Below, piece by piece: positions 41,876 through 50,647 of a DNA stretch of 64,000 bases. Within the stretch, counting starts at the first letter, position 1; each line of letters opens with the position of its first letter. Under the pieces are notes generated by a model that ran no database searches, was not told the origin of the DNA, and was given only the letters and a program-made list of their open reading frames with translations. The DNA is from Steroidobacteraceae bacterium (lineage in GTDB: Bacteria > Pseudomonadota > Gammaproteobacteria > Steroidobacterales > Steroidobacteraceae), in assembly GCA_035295065.1 (NCBI GenBank), contig DATGJR010000155.1, forward strand, positions 903-64,902. The letters run 5' to 3'. The translations under genes were made by a program, and so were the position numbers.

Positions 41876-43986
41876 TGCGCGAGCTGCACCCAGTCAATCG
41901 CCCAGAGCGGTTCGAGCGTCCATTGGGTGAAGCGGAAGCACAGGGAATGCTCGCCACCCTGCGGGGGAAGGGCCGCGGCCGGCAGCACCGTCACCGCATC
42001 GTTCCCGGCGGCAGGCGCGAGCGGCAGCACGGCGATGGGTTCCCCGTCGCAGCGATCGAGCCGCACCTCGAGCTCACCGGCGGGAGTCCGCGGCTTATTG
42101 AAGCGGATCTGCTCGCGGTCCTTGCCGATCTGGAAATTGAAGGGCAGCTGCCCTACCGCGGCGGTGATCGAGGCCGCGTGCGTGAGGTCGGTGGCGGGCA
42201 GTACCCAGCAGGGGTCCATGATGTCGATTAGGAATATGGCGCGGGGACCTGCGAGCGGCGCATCGTCCTCGAGGTTCAGCTCGAGTTTGCCCGCGCAGCT
42301 CTTGAGGTCCTGGCTGAAGTGCCGCTCGAAGGGGCCGACGATCCGGGCAGGCGCGAACACATCCTCGGAGTAGCGGATGCCGAGGGTCCGATAGCGGTTG
42401 AACTCGGCCGCCAGGCGCGCCTGAAAGCCCTGCCAGTCGATCCTCGCAGGGGGTGACCACGCCACTTCGGCCAGCGCCGCCGCGCGCGGCCAGGTCATAT
42501 AAGAAGCGTCGGCGTCGGTTGCCACGTGCTCGGTCCAGAGATTGGCCTGGATGCCGAGCACGTGGTCCTGCTCGTGGACGAGGGGTCCGGGCAACGGATC
42601 GAATCGATAAACGTCCTGGAGCGAGACGACCGTGCCGCGACCTGGAGGCTCGGCCGGGGTCGGACCCTGGCGATTGTCGAGATAGAGGACAGGTGCAGGC
42701 GAGAGCACGGTGTCGTGCCCGCGTGCTGCGGCGGTGATCGCCCCCTCGACACCGCGCCACGACATGACCGCAGCGTCTGGCGGGACGCCGCCCTCCAGGA
42801 TCTCGTCCCAGCCGATCTGGCGACGCCCGTGGGCGGCCAGATATCCGCCCAGGCGCGCGGTGAAGTAGCCCTGCAACGCCTCCTCGTTCGCCACCCCGAG
42901 CTCGTGCATGCGCGCCTGGATGTGCGCCGAAGCGCGCCACTGATCCTTCACCGCCTCATCACCGCCGGTGTGAATGTACTGCCCGGGGAAGAGCGCCATG
43001 ACCTCATCGAGCACCTGGTCGAGAAAGATGAAGGTGGCCTCATCCACGTTGAAGAGATTCGGGTATACGCCCCAGTCGGCGCCGACGGCGCTGGGCGGGT
43101 GGTCGAGGACACCGAGCCGCGGGTAGGCCACGATCGCCGCAGTCGCGTGCCCCGGCATCTCGATCTCCGGGACGATCGTGATGTTGCGCGCGGTGGCGTG
43201 CGCCACGATGCGCCGCACCTGCGCCTGAGTGTAATAGCCCCCGTAGAGGCGCGGTCGATGGGTGCGGGGATCGATGTCGTGCCGCGCGGCCTCGCCCGCC
43301 GGGACGCGCCAGGCACCGACTGCGGTCAGGCGCGGGAAACGCCTGATCTCGAGCCGCCACCCCTGATCGTCCGTGAGATGCCAGCCGAAGACATTGAGCT
43401 TGTGCAGCGCCATCCAGTCGAGATAACGCAAAATGAACTCGGGCGACTGAAAGTGCCGGGCGGAGTCGAGCATCAATCCACGCCATCGAAATCGCGGCGT
43501 GTCGCGGATCGAGAGCGCGGGCACATCGACGCTGCCATCGTGCAGCGATTGTGCCGAGATGAGCTGCCAGAGCGTCACCGCCCCATAGAAGAGGCCGCGG
43601 GGGTCGGCTGCCCGGACCCGTACTCCCGTCGGGGACACCTCGAGCTCGTAGCTTTCGGGGCTCGGGTACGGCGCGTCCGTGAGCGCGAAGGTGATCGCGC
43701 CTTCCCGGGGAGCCTCCTTCCCCTGCACGCGCACCTTGAGAGAAAGACCGTGGCTCGCGCGCACGAGTCCGATGAGGTAGTCGGCACTCCGACGGACCTG
43801 TGCGCCGGGCGGTACGGAGATCTCAGCGCCGTCGCGAAGCGCGAAGACGCCCGGATGCGCCACCCGCTCCGCGGGCGCCGGGATGATCGGGGCCAGGGCC
43901 TCGGGCGGCGCGCTGCCGGAAGCCCGCGCGACGCCAAGGCACGCGGCCAGCATCGTCAGTCCCGCAAAAAGGCGCCGCGGGCTCAT
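41872..43986 (-). CDS. secreted (possibly lipoprotein) GH20 beta-N-acetylhexosaminidase
   Basis: Signal MSPRRLFAGLTMLAAC. RFRWRGLMLDSARHF...HKLNVFGWHLTDDQGWRLEI...YIHTGGDE. About 150 aa of extra C-terminal domain. ATGA overlaps at both ends. Confidence 0.9.
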   Translation of the reverse strand: MSPRRLFAGLTMLAACLGVARASGSAPPEALAPIIPAPAERVAHPGVFALRDGAEISVPPGAQVRRSADYLIGLVRASHGLSLKVRVQGKEAPREGAITFALTDAPYPSPESYELEVSPTGVRVRAADPRGLFYGAVTLWQLISAQSLHDGSVDVPALSIRDTPRFRWRGLMLDSARHFQSPEFILRYLDWMALHKLNVFGWHLTDDQGWRLEIRRFPRLTAVGAWRVPAGEAARHDIDPRTHRPRLYGGYYTQAQVRRIVAHATARNITIVPEIEMPGHATAAIVAYPRLGVLDHPPSAVGADWGVYPNLFNVDEATFIFLDQVLDEVMALFPGQYIHTGGDEAVKDQWRASAHIQARMHELGVANEEALQGYFTARLGGYLAAHGRRQIGWDEILEGGVPPDAAVMSWRGVEGAITAAARGHDTVLSPAPVLYLDNRQGPTPAEPPGRGTVVSLQDVYRFDPLPGPLVHEQDHVLGIQANLWTEHVATDADASYMTWPRAAALAEVAWSPPARIDWQGFQARLAAEFNRYRTLGIRYSEDVFAPARIVGPFERHFSQDLKSCAGKLELNLEDDAPLAGPRAIFLIDIMDPCWVLPATDLTHAASITAAVGQLPFNFQIGKDREQIRFNKPRTPAGELEVRLDRCDGEPIAVLPLAPAAGNDAVTVLPAAALPPQGGEHSLCFRFTQWTLEPLWAIDWVQLAQ

Positions 43987-45005
43987 CCCTTTCGGTTCTT
44001 CAGGCGCTGCGCGATCTGCTCGCGCAGCCGCGCGGCGTCTGCGGGCGTGAGCTCCCCGAGCAGGCCCCGGCGGTGCGGGGGAATGTGGGAAATCGTCTCC
44101 TGAGGCTCGCCGAATACGTAATGCTCGAAGAGTGCACGCCAGGCGGCGCGCGCCCCGGCCGGGAGCGGGCGGATGTTGAGGATCGCGTGCTTCAGGCTGT
44201 CGTAGCCGGAATCGCTCCCGAGCGGCGCACCGCTCGCGTGCCACCAGTAGTTGATGAGCACGTTGAGCGTCTCGAGGGACTCCACGTTGTGCCACCACAA
44301 AGGCGGAATGAAGAGCGCATCTCCCGCGGAGAGCTCCGCGCTGCACGATGCCGCCAGCGCCTCAGTGAACTTCGGGAAGCGCACGAAGTCGGGCGCGTGC
44401 AGCTGCACCAGGCTCATCGGCGCCCCGGTCGGGGCGTAGTCGAGCGGGCCGACATAGAGATTGGAGATCTGCTCCGGCGGGAACAGCGTGAAACGGCGCC
44501 TTCCCGCCACCACGCACCCGATGTTGAACCACTCATCGAGGTGGGTCGGCGTCGTGACGGCATTGCCGAGCCAGATGCGCGGCCGCGCCGAGATGTCGGC
44601 GGCCGGCAGCGGGTTGGCCTGCGCAAACCCCGGCAGGCACTCATCGACCGGCGCGCTCTGCACCGCGACCGCCGGGGCCTGCGCATGCCCGCCGTAGCGC
44701 AGCGCCTGCTCGGCCACTGCCGTCAGGGGCAGCCGATTGCGCACGAAGTTGAAGCCCTCGAGGCCGTCCCGATAGAAGATGCGGCCTGCGAACTCCGGCG
44801 GCGTCATGATGGCATCGACCGGCGCGCCGCTGTCGAATCTTCGCAGGTACCCGAGCAGCCCGTCGGCGGAGCCGCGCGCCGCGGCGACGGCCGGCCAAGC
44901 GGCCACCAGGCCGCGCAGCACCACGGGCTCGGCGCCCTCGAGCACCTCGCGCACCCGCGCGCCGTCGCGCGTGTCGACTTCCCGGATCGGAGCGCTCGGC
45001 TGCAT
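43983..45005 (-). CDS. cupin / JmjC-like (Cupin_8-type) protein
   Basis: TPTHLDEWFNIGCVVAGRRRFTLFPP...GDALFIPPLWWHNVESL gives an HxD...H pattern on a double-stranded beta-helix. Start uncertain (ATG at 45005; the track ORF extends to 45188). Confidence 0.7.
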   Translation of the reverse strand: MQPSAPIREVDTRDGARVREVLEGAEPVVLRGLVAAWPAVAAARGSADGLLGYLRRFDSGAPVDAIMTPPEFAGRIFYRDGLEGFNFVRNRLPLTAVAEQALRYGGHAQAPAVAVQSAPVDECLPGFAQANPLPAADISARPRIWLGNAVTTPTHLDEWFNIGCVVAGRRRFTLFPPEQISNLYVGPLDYAPTGAPMSLVQLHAPDFVRFPKFTEALAASCSAELSAGDALFIPPLWWHNVESLETLNVLINYWWHASGAPLGSDSGYDSLKHAILNIRPLPAGARAAWRALFEHYVFGEPQETISHIPPHRRGLLGELTPADAARLREQIAQRLKNRKG

Positions 45006-45036
45006 CGGGGCGACGGCGACCACCCTTACCGCGTGC

Positions 45037-46644
45037 CTACCAGAAATAGGCCTGCAGCGCCGGCTCGTGCCGCCGCGGCGGGATCTGCGCCAGCGTGCTC
45101 TTGTGGTCGGGATAATTCCCGGCGCTGCGCGCGATGAGATTGTCGATCTCCTCCATCCGGTAGCGGCCCTCTTCGGCCGTGGGCGCACGCAGGGCGCCGG
45201 CGTCGGGGAAAACGCCCATGCCCGCCATCAGCGCGTACCAGGAGAACACCGGATAGCCGCGCCCGATGAGCTGCTGGCGCAGCGCAGGCACGATGCTCTT
45301 GCCGTTCATCCACAGCGAGTAGAGCTTCTTCAGGTCCTCGGAGAGATTCAGGTTCGCGGCGTTGGCGCGCCAGTATTCGGTGTCGGTACGGGTGTTGGTC
45401 TTGTAGTGGGTGACGATGTAATCGCGGATACCCTCGAAGTGGGCGTTCATGAGCGCGTTGAAGCGCGTGTGCGCCGCCTCGCTGAGGTCTCCCTTGTCGA
45501 GAAACTCGGCAAAAGTCGTGGCCGTCTGCTGGATGAAGAGCAGCGCCGTCGCCTCCAGCGGCTCGATGAAGCCCTGCGAGAGTCCGACCGCCAGGCAGTT
45601 GCGGTTCCAGTGGCGCGTGACCCGCCCAACCCGCATCTTGAGATGGCGCGCCTCGACGACCGACTCGAGCAGTCCGAGACTGCGGCGCAGCTCCGTCTCC
45701 GCCTCGTCCGCGGTGCAGAAGCTGCTCGAGTAGACGTAGCCGTTCCCATAGCGGTTGGTGAGCGGAATCTTCCAGGCCCAGCCGTGCCGCAGCGCCGTCG
45801 ACACCGTTTCGCAGGGAATCGAGTCCTCGATCGGCGTGGGGAGCGCAACCGCCGCATCGTTGAAGAGATTCTCCGTAAAGCTGACCCAGGGCGTTCGCAG
45901 GGCCTTCTCGATCAGGAGGCCCGCAAAGCCACTGCAGTCGACGAACAGGTCCGCGGCGTAGCTCTCCCCTTCGCGGGTGGCAACGGAGGCAATCGCGCCC
46001 TCGCTGTCTACCGTCGCATGTGTGACGTGGCAGCTCTGATAACGCACGCCGCGCTCGAGGGCCTTCTTGTGGAGGAATTTCCCGAGGAGCACCGCATCGA
46101 AGTGATAGCCGTGCCAGATGTCGAACGGAAACGCCTCCGGCGACTTGGGGGCACGGCGCTCCTGCGCCACCCGCGCGGCAATGAAGAACCGATCGGGATG
46201 GGCGTAGACATTCGCGCCCTGCACGCGCGCCTCGACGTTGTGCACGAACTGGCTCATCGTGAGGTTGTCGAGCATCGAGGCGAAAGGGTGGAAGTAGCTC
46301 GTGAACCCGGGCCGGGTCGACCAGCCGGCGAAGCGGATGCCGCTCTTGTAGGTCGCATGGCATGCCGGCATCCACTCTGATTCCTCGATACCGAGGCTGT
46401 CGAAGAATCCCCGCAGCCAGGGCGTCGAGCCCTCCCCGACTCCGATGGTGCCGACCACCGGAGACTCGAGCAAGGTGATGCTCACGCCGCGATGAATGAA
46501 GGAGCGCGCCAGGATGAGCGCCGTCATCCAGCCCGCGGTGCCGCCACCGATGATCACGATCCGGCGCACGCCCGCCGGCGGCGGCCCTGCCGGCGCCGGG
46601 CTCGCCGGGCTATAGGAATAGTTGAAGAGCGTGGCGGTGGTCAT
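45037..46644 (-). CDS. tryptophan-halogenase-family FAD-dependent protein
   Basis: RRIVIIGGGTAGWMTALILA...TIGVGEGSTPWL...ATYKSGIRF...HGWAWKIPL. 535 aa, no signal peptide. Confidence 0.85.
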   Translation of the reverse strand: MTTATLFNYSYSPASPAPAGPPPAGVRRIVIIGGGTAGWMTALILARSFIHRGVSITLLESPVVGTIGVGEGSTPWLRGFFDSLGIEESEWMPACHATYKSGIRFAGWSTRPGFTSYFHPFASMLDNLTMSQFVHNVEARVQGANVYAHPDRFFIAARVAQERRAPKSPEAFPFDIWHGYHFDAVLLGKFLHKKALERGVRYQSCHVTHATVDSEGAIASVATREGESYAADLFVDCSGFAGLLIEKALRTPWVSFTENLFNDAAVALPTPIEDSIPCETVSTALRHGWAWKIPLTNRYGNGYVYSSSFCTADEAETELRRSLGLLESVVEARHLKMRVGRVTRHWNRNCLAVGLSQGFIEPLEATALLFIQQTATTFAEFLDKGDLSEAAHTRFNALMNAHFEGIRDYIVTHYKTNTRTDTEYWRANAANLNLSEDLKKLYSLWMNGKSIVPALRQQLIGRGYPVFSWYALMAGMGVFPDAGALRAPTAEEGRYRMEEIDNLIARSAGNYPDHKSTLAQIPPRRHEPALQAYFW

Positions 46645-46723
46645 CGACTGCCCGCACCTTACTCGCCCCGCGACTGGGGCGCCAAGCTCCGCTCGCGGTC
46701 CGTTGCGTTACTTCGGAGGCGTT

Positions 46724-46761
46724 CCGGGCGGGCGGCAGGAGGGGAAGCGCCACCCGCCCGG
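46724..46761 (-). terminator. intercistronic hairpin downstream of the TonB-dependent receptor gene (attenuator/stabiliser candidate, no U-tract)
   Basis: CCGGGCGGG (46724-46732) pairs with CCCGCCCGG (46753-46761). 9 bp GC stem, 20 nt loop, in the 133 nt gap before the halogenase-like gene. Confidence 0.4.
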
Positions 46762-46777
46762 AGCCTCGGTTACACCC

Positions 46778-49603
46778 TCAGAACTTTGCGCGCAGCGTCA
46801 GGTAGTACTGCCTGCCGTTCTTGTAGAACGCGCGCGGCTGATCGGTGTTCAGCGCGTAGTACTTGAGCGTCGGGTTGTTCAGGTTCATCCCATCCAGGGT
46901 CAGACTCAGGTTGTCGTTGAACAGCCATGCGAGCGAGGCGTTCAGGTCGCCGGTGTCGTCCTGGGAGAACGCCGTGCTGCGATCCAGGCCGCTGTAGAAC
47001 GCCGAGCGATAGTTGTACGAGACCCGGCCGCTGAAGTGCACGGTCTCGTAGTAAACGCCGACGTTGTAGACGTCCTTGGAAGCACCAACCAGGCGGCTGT
47101 CCCCGGGCGTGCCGTCGGGGTTCGGCTGCACGTCCGAGGTCTGCTTGGCATCGGTGTAGGTGTAGTTGAGGTTCACACCGAAGTTACCGAAGGACTGCTG
47201 GTAGGCGATCTCGATCCCCTGCGCGCGTCCGGTCGTGTTGATCGGAACGGTCAGCAGGTACGGCACCGACACGGTACCCGGCGGGAAGCCCGAGGCGGCC
47301 GATCCGCTGGTCGGGTAGTTGAGGGTCTGCGAGCCGTAGCCGATGTAGTTCTGCAGATCCATGAGGAAGAGCGATGCGGACAGGAGCGACCGCGGCGCGA
47401 AGTACCATTCGAGTGTCGCGTCGAAGTTGCTGGAGACGATCGGCTTGAGGTACGGGTTGCTGCCCGAGCCGCTGCCGGTGCCGGGATAGTTCGCCGGCGG
47501 CGTGAGGCTCGTCGTGCTCGAGAGCGCCGAGTAGTCCGGACGCGTCATGGTCTGCGCCGCCGCCAGGTGGCCGATCAGATCCGGGCTGAACTGGTAGCGG
47601 AAGTTCCAGCTCGGCAGAACGTTGTCATAGGACAGGTTCACAGGGACGCCCGCGAATGCCCCGAAGAGCGACCCGACCACGAGATTCGGGGTGCTCGCCG
47701 GACAGGGGTTCGCCGAAGCCGGGATCGACGCCGTGCACGACAGCGGAATGTAGTTGATCGTGTCTTCCGTCGTGTGGACGTAGCGGACCCCGATGTTCGC
47801 GGTCCAGTCCTCACCCTTGAAGTCTGCCTGCACGTAGATCGCGGTATCAGGCTCGCTGAGCGCGAACCACTGCGGCGGATAGGCGCGCTGCACCGGATCG
47901 CGCTGCACCAGCCCGGGTCCGTTGTAGGCCGCAAGCTGCGCGGGGGTCCAGTACCAGATGCCCGTCGGGATGTTGCTGCCGAAGGTGGTGTAGTTCGAGG
48001 GGTAGTTGCTGTAGGTCGTCGGGTAGTTGAGCGGGCTCGCGCCGCCGCCATTCGGGCCCGAGAAGGTCGGGCCCTGTGCGATCGAGCCGATGGAGCTGCG
48101 GTCGTGCTTCGAGTAACGCGCCCCGAATTTGAGATCCGTCCATGCGCCCGAGTTGCTCATGTCCCAGGTGGCATCGAGCTTCGCCCAGGTCTCCTTATCG
48201 ATGGTGTCGATGTTCTCGCCGCCGAAGATCCAGCCGAAGGCCAGCGCCGAGGGATTACCCGGCGGGAAGGGCTGCGAGTAATTGACGCCCGGCAGACCCC
48301 AGTCCGGCGGACGCGTCGTTCCATTCAGCGTGTAGAAGGCGCCGGCGCCGGACGGCGCGGTCTCGGAGACGTTCTGCGTCGGGGTCCTGCCGTGGCCCTC
48401 GGACCAACCCAACTGTCCCTCGAGCTTCACGTTGTCCGCGAGCCTGAAGTGGCCGTCGAGGTTGACGAACGACGAGGTGGCCTCCTCGTCCGGACGCGAG
48501 ATCTGGTCGTAGATGCCGTAGAGCGTCCCCGGCACGTTGGCGAAGGTCGCGCTGGTCAGGGTGTTGTTGGCCACCGTGTAGCCGGGGTTCGGAGACTGCC
48601 CCGCACCGAAGTTGACGAAGTGCGTGTCCCACTGCAGGTAATTGCGGTTGTAGTCCGGGGCCTGGAGCTTGGCGTAGAAGCCGGACAGGTCGAGGTCCAC
48701 CGCATCACTGGGCTTCAGCTGCACGTTCAACAGGCCGCCGGTGCGCTTGCGCTCCTGATCGAAGAGCGCCGAGCCGATGAGGTGCGGATACCAGACGTTG
48801 GTCAGGTCGGGATGCGCAGTCGCGACGGCGCTGCCGGGTGCAATCTGGTCGTAACCGAGGATTTCCGTACCGTCGCGGCGCAGGTAGCGATCCTCGTAGA
48901 AGCCCTGACCGAGAATTCCAAAGGTCGAGTCGGAGTTTCTCCAGCTCATCAGCGCACTGAACTGCGGCGAGCTCTTGGATGGCAGATCCGCGTACACGGC
49001 GCCGGCCGATGCCTGTACCGTGAACTCCTTGTTGAAGTCGTTGAGGGGCTTGCGCGTGATGATGTTGACCGTGCCCGCGACGCCACCCTCGACCAGGTCC
49101 GCTTCGGAGCTCTTCTGCACCACGACGGAGCTCACCAGCTCCGAGGGCAGGAGCGTATAGCTGATGCTGCGCCCGACGGTGCCGGTCTGGTCGAGCACGA
49201 ACCAGTCGCCGGAGGCCACGTTGTGTCCGTCGATCAGGGTCTGGGTGAGGCTCGGTCCGGTCCCGCGCAGGCTCACGCGGTCGTTCTCGTCGAACCCGCC
49301 TTCGTTGGCGCCCGCCGAGCTCACCGTGACACCGGGAACGTGGCTGAGCGAGTCGGCGATGTTCTTGTCGGGCATCTTGCCGATGTCCTCGGCAGTCACC
49401 ACGTCGACGACGTCGGTCGACTTTTTCTTGACGGTCAGTGACTCCTCGAGCGCTGCACGAATGCCGGTGATCACCACTTCCTGGAGATCCCCTTGTGCCG
49501 GCGCGGCGGCGGCCGCCGCCTGCTGCGCCTGCAGCGGTTCGTTGCGCCCGAACAGCGCCATGGCGACCGCGGTTCCGATCAACGTGGACCGTGCGATTCT
49601 CAT
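46778..49603 (-). CDS. TonB-dependent outer-membrane receptor
   Basis: 941 aa. Signal peptide, plug region LQEVVITGIRAALEESL...VDVVTAEDIGKMPDKNIADSLSHVPGV, and the C-terminal beta-barrel end YYLTLRAKF. Confidence 0.93.
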   Translation of the reverse strand: MRIARSTLIGTAVAMALFGRNEPLQAQQAAAAAAPAQGDLQEVVITGIRAALEESLTVKKKSTDVVDVVTAEDIGKMPDKNIADSLSHVPGVTVSSAGANEGGFDENDRVSLRGTGPSLTQTLIDGHNVASGDWFVLDQTGTVGRSISYTLLPSELVSSVVVQKSSEADLVEGGVAGTVNIITRKPLNDFNKEFTVQASAGAVYADLPSKSSPQFSALMSWRNSDSTFGILGQGFYEDRYLRRDGTEILGYDQIAPGSAVATAHPDLTNVWYPHLIGSALFDQERKRTGGLLNVQLKPSDAVDLDLSGFYAKLQAPDYNRNYLQWDTHFVNFGAGQSPNPGYTVANNTLTSATFANVPGTLYGIYDQISRPDEEATSSFVNLDGHFRLADNVKLEGQLGWSEGHGRTPTQNVSETAPSGAGAFYTLNGTTRPPDWGLPGVNYSQPFPPGNPSALAFGWIFGGENIDTIDKETWAKLDATWDMSNSGAWTDLKFGARYSKHDRSSIGSIAQGPTFSGPNGGGASPLNYPTTYSNYPSNYTTFGSNIPTGIWYWTPAQLAAYNGPGLVQRDPVQRAYPPQWFALSEPDTAIYVQADFKGEDWTANIGVRYVHTTEDTINYIPLSCTASIPASANPCPASTPNLVVGSLFGAFAGVPVNLSYDNVLPSWNFRYQFSPDLIGHLAAAQTMTRPDYSALSSTTSLTPPANYPGTGSGSGSNPYLKPIVSSNFDATLEWYFAPRSLLSASLFLMDLQNYIGYGSQTLNYPTSGSAASGFPPGTVSVPYLLTVPINTTGRAQGIEIAYQQSFGNFGVNLNYTYTDAKQTSDVQPNPDGTPGDSRLVGASKDVYNVGVYYETVHFSGRVSYNYRSAFYSGLDRSTAFSQDDTGDLNASLAWLFNDNLSLTLDGMNLNNPTLKYYALNTDQPRAFYKNGRQYYLTLRAKF

Positions 49604-49720
49604 GATTTACCCACCCCGAATGTTTGTCGTTAGCTGTTGCACGTCGGCCAACCCCCGTCGCGACCCTGCGAGACCCGCGGAACGCGCGTGCCTGGCGCCC
49701 TGCGAGAGGTCCGTACGGTC

Positions 49721-49748
49721 GGACCAGTTACATTCCAATATAGTACCA
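49721..49748 (-). promoter_or_regulatory. operator candidate A (TGGTAC-N5-TGGAAT-N5-TGGTCC) overlapping a TATATT -10-like hexamer, facing the TBDR operon
   Basis: Minus strand reads TGGTACTATATTGGAATGTAACTGGTCC. The first 14 nt match site B at 13 of 14 positions. Confidence 0.45.
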
Positions 49749-49853
49749 ATCACGTCGAAACGCTACACCTATGCATACCAACAGTAGACGTCTCGTTTTT
49801 TACGAATCAAAACATGCTGTTGTTATCCGGTCTGTATTCTTCCCGCAACACAC

Positions 49854-49881
49854 TGGTACTATACTGGTACCATGATTGATC
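49854..49881 (+). promoter_or_regulatory. operator candidate B (TGGTAC-N5-TGGTAC-N5-TTGATC) overlapping a TATACT -10-like hexamer, facing nagQ
   Basis: Plus strand reads TGGTACTATACTGGTACCATGATTGATC, about 25 nt upstream of the nagQ TTG start. Confidence 0.45.
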
Positions 49882-49903
49882 GCGAGACAGCCCGGAGAGC
49901 ACC

Positions 49904-50647
49904 TTGACGCTGCTGTCACAGACGGTCGGAAAGCTCGATGAGCAGAGCAGCCTGCCCCTCTACCAACAGCTGCAGCGCGCGCTGCGGCAGGCCATCGAGA
50001 CGCGCGTGCTCGGCCCCGACGATGCACTGCCGCCCGAGCGCGATCTCGCCGAGGATTTCAGTGTCTCGCGCATCACGGTGCGCAAGGCGATCGACGGACT
50101 CGTCAACGAAGGACTGCTGGTGCGACGCCAGGGCTCGGGCACTTTCGTGCTCGCGCGCGTCGAGAAGAATTTCTCGAAGCTCACTTCCTTCTCCGAGGAC
50201 ATGCGCGCCCGCGGGCGCAATCCGCGCAGCGTCTGGCTGCGCAAGGCCGCCGGCACCGTGACTCCCGAAGAGGCGCTGACGCTGCGCGCCAGCCCGGGGA
50301 CGCCCGTCTACCGCTTTCACCGCATCCGCTTCGCGGACGATGCGCCCATGTCACTCGAGTACGCGACCATCCTCGCCTCGTGTCTCCCCTCGCTCGAGGC
50401 GGTCGAGTCATCCCTCTACACCGCGCTCGAGCGCGCCGGTAACCGCCCGGTGCGCGCGCTCCAGCGGCTGCGCGCCGTGGTGTTCACGGCCGAGCAGGCG
50501 GAGCTGCTCGCGGCCAAGGAGCGCGATGCGGGCCTGCTGGTCGAGCGGCTCGGGTTCCTCCAGGACGGGCGCGCCGCGGAGTTCACCCAATCCTTCTATC
50601 GTGGCGACATCTACGACTTCGTCGCTGAGCTCTCGACCGCCACGTGA
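49904..50647 (+). CDS. nagQ: GntR/HutC-family transcriptional regulator of the GlcNAc locus
   Basis: LPLYQQLQRALRQAIETRVLGPDDALPPERDLAEDFSVSRITVRKAIDGLVNEGLLVRRQGSGTFV (wHTH) plus a UTRA-like C-terminal half. TTG start after GGAGAG. Confidence 0.8.
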   Translation: MTLLSQTVGKLDEQSSLPLYQQLQRALRQAIETRVLGPDDALPPERDLAEDFSVSRITVRKAIDGLVNEGLLVRRQGSGTFVLARVEKNFSKLTSFSEDMRARGRNPRSVWLRKAAGTVTPEEALTLRASPGTPVYRFHRIRFADDAPMSLEYATILASCLPSLEAVESSLYTALERAGNRPVRALQRLRAVVFTAEQAELLAAKERDAGLLVERLGFLQDGRAAEFTQSFYRGDIYDFVAELSTAT

